Shown: in pieces, positions 11,562-22,896 of the stretch | How the letters are laid out: the number at the start of each line of letters is the position of its first letter | Position numbering within the stretch: position 1 is the stretch's first letter | Source: Fonticula alba ATCC 38817 | Taxonomy: Eukaryota > Protista > Nucleariida | Length of the DNA: 64,000 bases | Assembly (NCBI GenBank): GCA_000388065.2 | Contig: KB932201.1 | Reading direction: 5' to 3' (one strand) | Notes under the pieces: model-generated | What the model saw: the letters and a program-made list of their open reading frames with translations, nothing else | The model's database searches: none | Told to the model about the DNA's origin: nothing | Program-made: the position numbers and the translations under genes

Positions 11562-13846
11562 CACGCGTGCCAGCATGCTTGAGGCGCGCCGGCAAAGGGA
11601 GAGATGTACGGCGGGGGCCGGGCCGGGGGGGAACCGGGAGCCGGGCAGGGGCGAGGGGGCCATGTGTCCCACTTTGGCGCGAGTGCGCGCGCGCGCGCGC
11701 ACACGCATGCACGCACGCGTTCCGCACTCGGCCTGAGACTAGTTTCTGCCGCGGCCACGACATAAATGCCTCACTTCTTGCCTCGCACACATTTTGCCCC
11801 GGCGCCCCGGCGCGCCCCCCCCCCCCCCCCCGGCCCGGTCCCCTCGAGCGGGACCGGTGGGAGCGGTCAAACACATGGGCACACCCAGCAAACGGCGGAC
11901 ATGCCAGGCCCCGTCCCGCTGCTTCGACCGTCCCTCACCGGGCAGGCTGGCCCGGGGCAACAACACAAGAGCCCTGATCCCCCACGCGGAGATGGGCAGG
12001 GCATTGCGCAGACCCTCCTTTGCGGGGGCTCTCGCCTTGGGGGGCGGGGGGGCACACTGGGCGGGAAAGTGCGGCGAGCCGGATCTCGCGAGCATGATCG
12101 GTGCCCGGTTGAGGTCGCGTCCGCCCGAAAGCAAGGGGCGCGGGAGGAAGCCGAACGGCCGAGCGCCCGCATGTTCAACCACAGGACTCGGGGACCGGGG
12201 CATGCTGGGGCGGGGGGAGGGGGGGGGGGGGTCTGGTCGGAGACAGGACTCCCCCCATACCGGGAGCCTTCTTCCCCGCCGATTGCAGCTGCCTCCGTGG
12301 GGCTTGGAGGGCTGGCCCCAGGCAAAGTCGATCGCAGCCAGCCACCCCTCGCGCACGCGCCTCCGGCGCCGCTCCAGACCGGCCGCCGCTCCCGGACACG
12401 GAGCCCGCCCGGGCCCGGCCAGGCTGCACACGGCCAGCATGACCTCCTTCGCCACAGGGCGCAGATTGCCACCCATTGAATGTCTTCCGTGGGCCCGCCA
12501 CTCGAGATCGCCCCCAGGCAGGTGTCCCTTGGCATCGGATCCGCCCGGGGGGGAGAGGGGGCGGGGCCATACCTCGCGGGCAAAAAAATATAACAGGCCC
12601 AACCGCAACAAGAGGAACAACGAGACCACAAGGGTGAAGCCCCAGCCAAACACGAAGGAGGGGGGGGCCTGCGGCCGGGGGCGCCATGCGTCGGCCCCGA
12701 AGGGCAGGGCCGCGTACGCCGGTCAGCCAGAGAGGGGGGTGGGCGAGGGCGGGGGGGGGGCACGGCTGTTATTGTTGTTGGCGTGCCCGCCGTCGCCGCC
12801 AGGACAAACGGCCGACGAGACTGCAGCAGGACCGGCACCTTTGCCGCTTCTCGCCCTGCCCTGGCCTTGCGGGCGCTTGGCCACGGGTCCCGGGCATCGA
12901 CCGTCGTTTCCGAAGGCACCGCATGCGTACCCCCCCCCCCCCCCCCCCCCCCCCCTCCCCCCCTCAGGCGTGCTTGCCTGGCGCATGAAGGAGGACCATT
13001 CCCCGTCCCCCGGAGTGCCCGCATGTACAGGCACAGGTCGTAGGAGAGAGGACACCGTTTACGGCTGAGAGAACACCACCCCCTGGTGCCGGGGCGCGCG
13101 CGCCGGGCTGGGAACGCGTGCTCGCTCGCGCGCCGGGGCCAGCCAACAAATTCTGAAAGTCATGGCGCGCATATTTCGAGATCGAAATGCCATTCTAGAT
13201 TCGACGTGATTTCGCTCAATAGGTCACGTACATGCGGTGGATTTCCCAGGCGCACATCAACCGGCACATGCGAGCGCGCGCGCGCGCACGCTCGCACGCC
13301 TCGAACAACAGGCCGTTGGGCAGCCTCCTCCCGACCATCCTGGTGTACACGACGCAAGAAGCGCGCGATTGGGCATGGAAAGGAGAGAGGGAGAGGCCCC
13401 TGATCTGCTGCCCTTCCCCCGCTCTCCCCCGACACACACGCACACACATGCACACATAGTGACACACAGATGTGCAAGAAAACAGCATCTGCAGGATCTG
13501 CAAAAGGTAATAACTATATTACAAAGTGGGCAAGCTGTAAAAAGAAGGAACGTGGCGTGCAGGCGCACACAACAGAGGCGAGCACTTGGGCGGTGGAGGG
13601 AGGGTAGGCAAAAATCGGCAGGGGAGGAGAGAGAGAGAGAGGGGGGGGGGGAGGGGGGAAGGAAGGAAATACGGGCGCGGGGACCCCTCCTTGGCACTCA
13701 CACCAGCCCTCCCCCCGTCCCCCGAGACACATCCCCCCCGCGCACACAATACTCCAAAAGAAAAACTGGAGTGCACATACAAATACACACAGACAAGCAC
13801 ACGCCCTCAGCTCCTGGACTTCTCCATCCTCTGCACTACCGCCCTT

Positions 13847-15672
13847 TCAGGGGGAGGGAGAGTAGGAGTACGGGCTGTAGTTCGTGGCGCCGCTGTCGCC
13901 GTCGTGCGCAGCGGCAGCAGCCGAGCTGCCGCCACGCGGGGAAACCGGCGACGCATCGCGGTGGTGGCGTGCGCCACCGGCGGACTTGCCACTGGCGCCG
14001 CTGACGCTCGACCGGCGGCCGGAGCCACGCGAGGACGAGGGCGCCGGGTCGGACGGCGAGATCAGGCTCGCGGGGTCCATGACACCCGAGTCGCCACCGG
14101 GGGAGTGATGGTGACGGCCGCCATAGGAGCCACCATCCTCCGCGGAGGGAGAGTGATGGCCGGCAGCGTGGGAGTCACCGGCGCGGCCGGCTTCGGAGCT
14201 GGCGCTGTTGCCGCCGTTGGAAACGTCATCAGACGCCGGGCGCCGGGAGGCGGCCGACCGGCCGCCACGGTCCTCGCCGCCATCGACGGCCGAGCCGCCA
14301 TGGTGCTCGCCGACATCGGCAGACCGGGAGGAGGAAGAGGCGTCGTGCTCGGAGGAGGAGCGCGAGTTGCCGCCCTGGTGGCCGCCACGGCCGCCACCAC
14401 GGCCACCACGACGGGACATCGAATCGCCGCCATACCCACCGGCACCATTGCCGCCGTTGTAGCCGCCGCGACGGTCGCGGCTGTTCCAGCCACCGCCGCC
14501 ATAGCCACCACGGCGATCACCGCCGTAGCGCTCAGTGGCATAACGATCGCCACCGTAACGATCACCGCCGTAACGATCGCCACCACCATAGCGGTCGCTG
14601 CCGCCATGGCGATCGCCGCCACCGTAGCGGTCAGCGCCACCATGACGATCGCTGCCGCTATGGCGGCTCCCGCGCTCCGGGCTGCGGCTAGACCCGCGAT
14701 GACGCTCCGGGCTGCGCTCGGACCGGCGCTCGGGGCTCCGGTCAGACCGGCGCTCATCCGGACGCGAGGAAGACGAAGAAGCAGAAGTGGAGGAAGACCC
14801 GGCAGCAGTGCCGGCGGTGGAGACCTCATCGCGGCGATCGCCACGGCGACCCTCGTCGTGGCGATCACGCGGACGCGAGGAATACCGGTCCGGGCTGCCG
14901 CCGCGAGTGTGGTCCGGGCTGCGATCGCGCTCGCGGCTGCGGTCGCGCTCGCGGCTGCGGTCGCGCTCGCGGCTGCGGTCGCGGCTGCGGCTGCGATGAC
15001 GCCCATAGCGCTCCGGGCTCCAGCCCCGGTCGTCGTAGCGATCACGCTCGCCGCCGTAGTAGCCGCCACGGCCGCCACGGAAGCCGCCACGACCGCCGCG
15101 GAAGCCGGGACCGCCATGATGGCTGCCACGACCACTGGAGGGTGGAAAGTCCGTGTCAGGGGGGAATCATCCGGCTGAGGGCAGGGAGAAGGGGGGGGGG
15201 CGGGAAAACGGAGGACAAGCAAATCGAGGGCATACCCATCAAGACGGCCGTTGCCACGACCGCGGTAGTTGTTGTTGGACCGACCGTGGGAGATCTCGAC
15301 CGAGATGCTCCGGCCCTCGAAGGTGTGGCCGTTCAGCTGCTCCATGGCGCGGCGGGCATCATCCATGTTGCCGAAGGTGACGAACGCGAAGCCTGGACAT
15401 CAACAACGGAGGGGAGAGGGAGGGGGAGAGGAAAGCCACGCGCAGAAGGGGCCGGAAGGGGGTGCGGGTCCAAATGTCAGGAGGGAGGAGAGGCGGAGGG
15501 GGGGGGAGGGGGGGGAGGGGCATGAGAGCCGAGTGAAGAGGCAAGCGCTTTTGACGAACCGGGAGGATGGCGGGCAACCCAGAAGTCGACGACGTTGGCC
15601 TGTGCCTCGAAGAGTCGGCGAAGCTCGCGCTCGTCGGTGTGGTTGCCCAGGTTGCCGACATGGACCTTGACA
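13847..15672 (-). CDS. SRSF3/SRSF7-like RRM protein with RGG box, RS/RD/RE domain and long Gly/Ser tail (start codon exon not resolved)
   Basis: Exons 15672..15560, 15392..15236 and 15134..13847 are in frame. The RRM reads VKVHVGNLG...VARHPPGFAFVTFGNMDDARRAMEQLNG...ISVEISHG, followed by RGGRGG and RSRSRDRSRERDRS repeats. Confidence 0.85.
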
Positions 15673-17147
15673 CTGAAGAGGGGACGATCGGAGGGGAGAT
15701 GGGAGAGGGGGCCGCGCGCGCGTGTGTCCCGGGTGCACAAGAGGAGTTAGGAGTCGGGTCTCACGTCGGGGGAGGCCGTGCACGGGAGGGAGGAGCGGCG
15801 GATGACGGCGGAGTCGGAGGGTGGGCGGTGGGCGGTGGACGGTGGCGAGCAGGCGAGCAGGCAGGCGAGCAAGCAAGCAGGCGGACAGGCGAGCAGGCAG
15901 GCAAGCAAGCAGCCTAGTGGCCAAACTGACAAGCAGACAGGCGGACAGGCGGACAGGAAGATATGCAGGCTTGATATCAAGTAGATAGTGATGCCAGTAT
16001 CGGTGCCAGTGGCGGTGGCGATGGGAAGCGGCGGTGGCGGTGGAGGCGGTGGAGGCGCTTCTCTCTTGCCCTGCGAAAGACAGAGCAAGAGCGCCATGTC
16101 GAGGGAGTAGGAACCGGAAAGGGGGGGGGAGGGAAGAAACAGGAGAAGGAAATATGCGGATGGCGGATGGGAATGGACGAGGCAGACGAGAGACCAGACA
16201 GCGCGCGGCAAGGTGGGGAGGGCGCATGCGCGGCATGTGGAAGCCCTGACGGTAGAGTGGACCAACATTCATACGTGCATGTGTATATGTGTGTGTGTGT
16301 GCATGCGCGTGCAGGTGTACACACGCAGACACATACATACATATACACATAACCACCCAAATACACATTCGCGTGGGCAAAGGTGTGTGAAGCCATGCCC
16401 TCACAGGCAGGAGCTGCACAGCCTCGAAGAAGACAGTATACACACATACACACACACACACACAGCAGGGGGGCTGCCTCGGAAAACCCGAGGCGAAGAC
16501 CCCTTCGGACAGTCGAACTCAGAGCATGGAAGGGAGGAAGAGGGGAAGCAAGGGAAGATGCTGGGAGGGGAGGAAAGTCACGGATGTGAAAGGGCATACG
16601 AATCAGGCATGGTTGGGGGGGGGGAGGTGCTGTAAGCGGGACGCGAGGGGGCGCGTGGAAGCAAACAGAAAACCGGGGGGGGGAGGAGAGGGGGTTGGTT
16701 GGACACCAATCGGGAGTCAAAGCTGGGGGAGCCACGTTTTCAGAAACAAGAGGAGGCCTCCCTGCGGAGGGCCCGCGAGAAGGAGGCGCGGAGACGTGCC
16801 GGTGTCGACCGTTGGACGGGAGGGGGGGCGTCCGCGCAATTCCGCCCCGCACCCCCCCCTTGGAGTGCGGGACTCCCGCCCCCATCCCCCCGGAGGACAT
16901 GGACAACCGATACCCCGTTCGCCAGGGCAGGGCGGGGGGGGGAAACTTGTCTGACAACTGACCGCGGTGTAGGCTGCCCCCCGAGTGAGAAATACCCCTC
17001 GCAAGGGACGACCAATAATCGTCCAATAATAGAAGTCGGGTTATATGGGGCGGGTACTGCGAGCCGGCCGAGCCGGCCCGGCGAAGGCAGGCCCCTTCCC
17101 CCCTCTCTCCAACCGGGGGAAAGCTATACCGAGCCGGGTTTAGTGAG

Positions 17148-17562
17148 ATGGAGTCACATGCCCGTTATCCGGTTATTCAGCATTCTCGTGCTGCTTCGGC
17201 GTCGGCACCTGACCCGGTCGCGGTTCTGGGTCTGATGCCCAAAGCCCCAGCGGGGCGCTGCCTTCTCGGCGCCAGGGCCGGGCGGGCTTCGAAAGGGTGT
17301 GTCCGCACCCGGAGCAGCCAAATCCCCCGGTCCTCGCCCCGGTTAACTCCCCCTATTTGTCGGCTTCGGGATGGCCCTCCGTGCCGGGTGCGGGGGGCGT
17401 TCTCTTTCTCGGAGAATACGGCTCCCCCTACCCGAGTTTCTCTCGCTCACTCTCTCTCTCTCTCTCTCTCTCGCAGTCCGTGTGTCTGGTCGCCTCGCCG
17501 ACAAGATTCGCGTCGAGCACATGCCGGCCGCGTGCACCTCACTGCCGTCGGGCGCTTGCTGA
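17148..17562 (+). CDS. Possible small two-exon hypothetical protein (~78 aa)
   Basis: ATG at 17148, donor AAG G|gtgtgt (~17296), CT-repeat tract then ctcgcag| acceptor (~17477), and an in-frame continuation VRVSGRLADKIRVEH...* . No homology recognised. Confidence 0.2.
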
Positions 17563-20177
17563 TGTCATCACCACGCGACGAGGACAGCGAGCCATGACCA
17601 TCGAAAGGCACCCTCAGGGTTGGGGACTTCAAGGGGGCGGGGGACGACACGGGAGAACAAGTATCTGTCTGTGCCTCTCTGCTCGACACGGCTGCCACAA
17701 CCGAGAGTCCCGGCCCGTGAGTCTGAAATAGAAGCATGTACTTCTGGTCTTCACCTGATGACACTGAGTGCTCCGCGGCGGGAAAAACGCCCCCCCCCGA
17801 CGTTGGCGCTTGTTTGTGCAGGCGTCTCTCCCCCGGCAGGAGCCCGGCTCCGGTCGATTTATCTCGCTCGCTCTGTCGCCGGCTCTTGTCCCCTCCCGCC
17901 GGCCCCCGACGGAGGGGGCGGGGCTGTAGGACTGGATGGCCGTCCTCAGTGTACCCCCCCCCCCCCCCCCCCCACCAGCCTGGTGAAGTGTCTCCTGCCG
18001 GCCGGGGGCTTCTCAGTGCGTGTGCGCGGAGAGGGGGAGGATACTTCGGAGAAACGGACAGCAACCAAACACCAGTATTTAGGTCAGCTGCCCGGGGACT
18101 ATCTTCCCCGAGCACTTGTGCGTGGTCCCACCACTCTTGCGCATGCAGCATGGTGCGTTCAGAGGTCCACCAGACAACTCCCCTGTGGCCCGGGCCATTG
18201 TGTGTGGCAGTGTGTGTATGTGTGGCAGTGTGTGTGTGTGTATGTGTGTATGTGTGCGTGCGTGCGTGGGCGGGGGGGGGTTAGAGGAAGGGTGGCGTGT
18301 GGATGGGTGTCGGGCGGGCAGGCTGCTTACGGGATGTTTGGTTAATGTGCCGCGCGGGAGGCCAAATGCCCTGGGCATTTGCGTCCAGAGTCTTTCCGGT
18401 GCTCGGCTGTTGGGCTAGCCTTCCAGCCAGCCACAGTCATCTAGTTTCCACGACCGTGGAAAGTCCCCCCTGTCCCCGTCCCCGGGCTGGGCGTCCACCA
18501 TGGTCGACCTCCAGCTCAACCGGCGAGAATATTCCACCGCTGGCCGCCCATCCCTCGGGCGGCAGGTTCTGTGGCCGGCCCAAAAATGAAGGCAACCCGG
18601 GGCGCCCTGGGGCGGCCTGCGCCCGTGCGGGTGCACGCGCCCGCCTTTGTACACGCATTTGCGCACTTACACTCGCACCCACAGAAAAGCACGTTGTTGG
18701 CCAGCGGCCCCCCCCCCCCTCCCCCCCGGGTCTGGCCGGATTGAGCAGGCGCACGCATGGGCTCGCCCCCCGCCAAGGTACAAGGTTCCGGGCCGGCACG
18801 CCGCGACACACGAGCGCGCCAGGTGCCAACATAGACCCGGCAGCGCATACGCCGCAGTATCGGGCCCCTCTAGACTGGCAAGTGATTAGGGCTGCTTGCA
18901 TGCCCTTCGCTCCCTCCCCACGCGCTCGTCCCGCCCCCGTCCCCCCCCCCCCCCCCCGGGGGGCCGGGGGTACACGCCAGCCCTGTTGTGCAAGCGCTCC
19001 TGCTGGAGGCCCGGGGGAATTCGGCTCGGTCTGCGAAGACCGCGGCTTCTCGGTGTTCCTGGATGGTTCCGATCGTGCGGGTCTCCTTCCGCGACCGAGT
19101 GACCGACCAGCCGGGCGGCAGGGGAGGGGGGGAATCCTTTAACGGCGGCCCCAGAAAGGGGATGGTCGACAGGTCCGCCCCGGAGTGTCCGACGCTCAGG
19201 AGACCTCGTGCCTCCGAGAGGCGACTGTCGGTCTCTGCAATTCCCCCAGGCCTCAAGTATCCCAGGTGCGGGTGAGGCTCACGGGTTGGATCGGCCGGGC
19301 GGTCCGCCCCTGGCCGCCGAGACACCCGCGCGCCTCGGGGGAAGTCCCCCTCCCCCTGAGCATCTGCTCACCGGCCCCTGTGGTTCTGAAGATGTGCTGT
19401 GCCATGTTGTGCAATTGCCCCGAAGAGCATGCCCGCCCCCCCCCCCCCCAGCCCTTCGACTCACCCTCTGCCCCGGGGGTGGGGTCGGGACAGGCGGGGT
19501 GCGTGAGTGTGGAAGCACTGAGGCTCTGCCGGCTCGGCTCACGCAAGTATGCTCTTTGCCCGGTGCGAAGAGAGAGGCGAAGGGGGATGGGGGTGGGGGT
19601 GGGGGGAGGGGACGGAATTATCTGCGCTTCCTCGACAGACCCCCCCCCCCCCGNNNNNNNNNNNNNNNNNNNNNNNNNNNNNNNNNNNNNNNNNNNNNNN
19701 NNNNNNNNNNNNNNNNNNNNNNNNNNNNNNNNNNNNNNNNNNNNNNNNNNNNNNNNNNNNNNNNNNNNNNNNNNNNNNNNNNNNNNNNNNNNNNNNNNNN
19801 NNNNNNNNNNNNNNNNNNNNNNNGGGGGGGGAAGGGGGGCAGAGTACATCATAAGCCACCGAAGTCGGAAGCTCCGGCGCAGGGCGGCGGTTTTCAGCTA
19901 GCCGATGGGTGTAAAAATCCTATTTTCCTCTCTTCCCCCTCCTCTTCCCTCGCTGCGTGTTTGTGTGTTCCTCCCCCACCCGCGCGTCCCCCTCCCCCCC
20001 CCCACCACACAGCAGAATCAGCTCCGTGAGTTTCTGCCTTCCTCTTTTCAGACCTTGCGATAGGTGCGCGCAGCCCCTTTCTCGGCCCCCCCCCCCCCAC
20101 ACACACGCCCCGCTCCTGGTTGCCCTTCTTTTTTCTCACACATCCCCCCCCCCCTCCCCCCGATCCGGTCATCGTAG

Positions 20178-20642
<465 letters not shown>

Positions 20643-22896
20643 GGAGGCCGGCGCACACTCCTCCCCCGAGCACACATGTGCTCGAGAGCAGTCCCGCCCC
20701 CCCCCCTCCCTCGCGCATGTGTGTCTGGTGCATACATAGGGTTTGCGCGCTGTGTGGGTGAGTGTGTCACTTGTGGACGTGCAGCCGCTGTGTGGTGATC
20801 CCAGTGTGTGTGCCCCCCCCCCCTTCCCACCCCTCTCTTCTCCCTCTCCTTGTAGTTGTTGGGCGCATGTGCATCCCCCTCCTTTCCCCTTGTGCATGTG
20901 TGTGTGTGTGCATGTGCCCCGTCGTCCTCTTTTCTCCCCCTCTCGCCTCCCTCTCTTCGCGCTCTCTCCCCCACCCCACCCCCTTGTGCCGATATACAGC
21001 GTCAGCCCTTTTCTCTTCCATATTCCCCCCACCCCTGCCTTGTGTTTCTCTCGGCTCCTTTCACCCCGCCCCACCCCACCCCCCCTGCCATAGCGCCATC
21101 TCCATCGCGCTTGCTTCCGTCTTCCCTTTCCTGTGTGGGGCATGGCTGGCCTTTCTCCCTTCATCTTCTTCATATGGGTCCCGCCACAAAGGGCGAGGAG
21201 GCGGGGGGATTCATGAAGATGACGGGGGAGAATGGGGGGGGGGGGGGGGGCCTGCCTTGTGCTCCCTTTCGTCATGAGAGATCTCCAGTGCTCAGATAGG
21301 ATGCAGTAATGGTCGGAGGGGGGGGGGGGGACGAGAGGGGGCCACAAAATCGGCCGGCGATGGGCTGGCCCGCCGGACGCCGCCGGGAGCTTCGCTTCGC
21401 GACCCCTGGCCCCCCTCGTTGTTCCTCTCTTTCTTTCCCCCTCCCTCCATCGCTCTTTCTCTCTGTCTCCGTCTCAGCCGACAATACCGGCGGCTGGCCA
21501 TTAGTCAAAGCAATCAGGGTGGGCAGAGGCGAGGGGCACAGTTTCCGGCATTTTCGGGCGCCCTGCCCCCCCCCCCCCCCCCTCGACCCGGGGGTACGTG
21601 CTTCCCCCCGATGGCCGGGAGACTTTGCGACGGAGGGCGTCTGTTGTCCCGGCCGACATTCTTTCAGCGAGGTCCCTTTCTTCACGAGCACCACTTGGAC
21701 GCTCGGCCGATGTCAGGTCAAACACGCGTCTTCTCTTGTCCCAATTTTCTTTGCCAGGAGGAGAAACTCTGGCAGCCTCCCAACCAGAAGTGTGGACACA
21801 CATACATCGATGCACACCCACATGCGCACTCTCACACACTCAGTCAAACACTGAGACCCACACAAATACACCCTCTCGCCAACACATGTAGACGTGCGCG
21901 GGGATGGACACACGTATTAAGACATACACACATACATGCAGACAGGACAAACATATTCGGACACACGGCCGCCGGTGAGGAGGGTGCACCAAGCATTTTT
22001 CGGGCTTGTCCCCGCTGGCGAAAGGGGGCAGGGGGGGGGGGGGCGCGCGCGCGCAGGGGCGGTTCATGCCACGCCATTGGTCTTTGCGAGGACCTTGGGC
22101 GAGTCGAGCGAGAGCAAATGGGCCCAGAGGCCATGGCGAATGGCGATATCCTCAGGCCTCCAATCACATGCACAGATGGCATGATCAGCCCGATAGAAGC
22201 ACGGGCCCCGCCAAAGGCGTGGCGTCAAAGTGGCATGGGCGCCCCTTTTGGCATTCCTCAGTGTCGGCTGACCAGTGGATGGGTCTAGCCCACAGTCTCC
22301 CAAGCCCGCCCGGCTTGATGTTCCCCGGGGACCCCTCCTCGCTTGTTTCCATCTTGGAAGCATGCCCCTCCTGGAGGCTGTTGCCCCCCCCCCATCCCAT
22401 CTGCCAGTCCCGCCTACTGAAGGCGTGCGAGGGTTTTTTTCTCGTGGGGTGGATCATCCTCCACAGTGGCCCTGCTGAATTTTTTTTTTTGGCGTAGGCA
22501 TGCCTTTTGGCACATGTGAACCACACACTCGCGACGGGGAATGCCTCAGGCCATGGTCGAGGCCTGGGGCGCAGGACGGGAAACGGGCGGAGAGGGGTCT
22601 TCCACAAAGCGGAGAGATATAAATAAAAGGGCACCCGGCCACAGACCTGTACATGCTCTCTTGCTGCTGGTCGGGGCGCTACCGGAAGAGGGGTCTCCTC
22701 TGGAGCTGGAGATACTGATGGGGGCGCGCGCATGAGAGGATGTGTGTGTGTATTTTGAGATGTCTGTCTATTTTTCTTTTCCGAAAATACAAGTGTGAGG
22801 GCGGCGCGCAGGCGGCTCGCGGGGAGGGGAAAGTACACCTCTCCACCGCCACCATGCGGCACGCATGCACGCTCATATCCGCGCCCTCTTGCGCGC

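Noticed and set aside
11000-13500. Numerous 60-420 aa ORFs, including HTHT/CVCV/LSLS-type peptides
   Set aside because: They derive from microsatellites and stop-poor GC-rich DNA, and no consistent exon chain was found.
17756-17767. TGATGA..CTGA C/D box-like motif
   Set aside because: The boxes are only 2 nt apart, and no terminal stem or guide sequence was identified.
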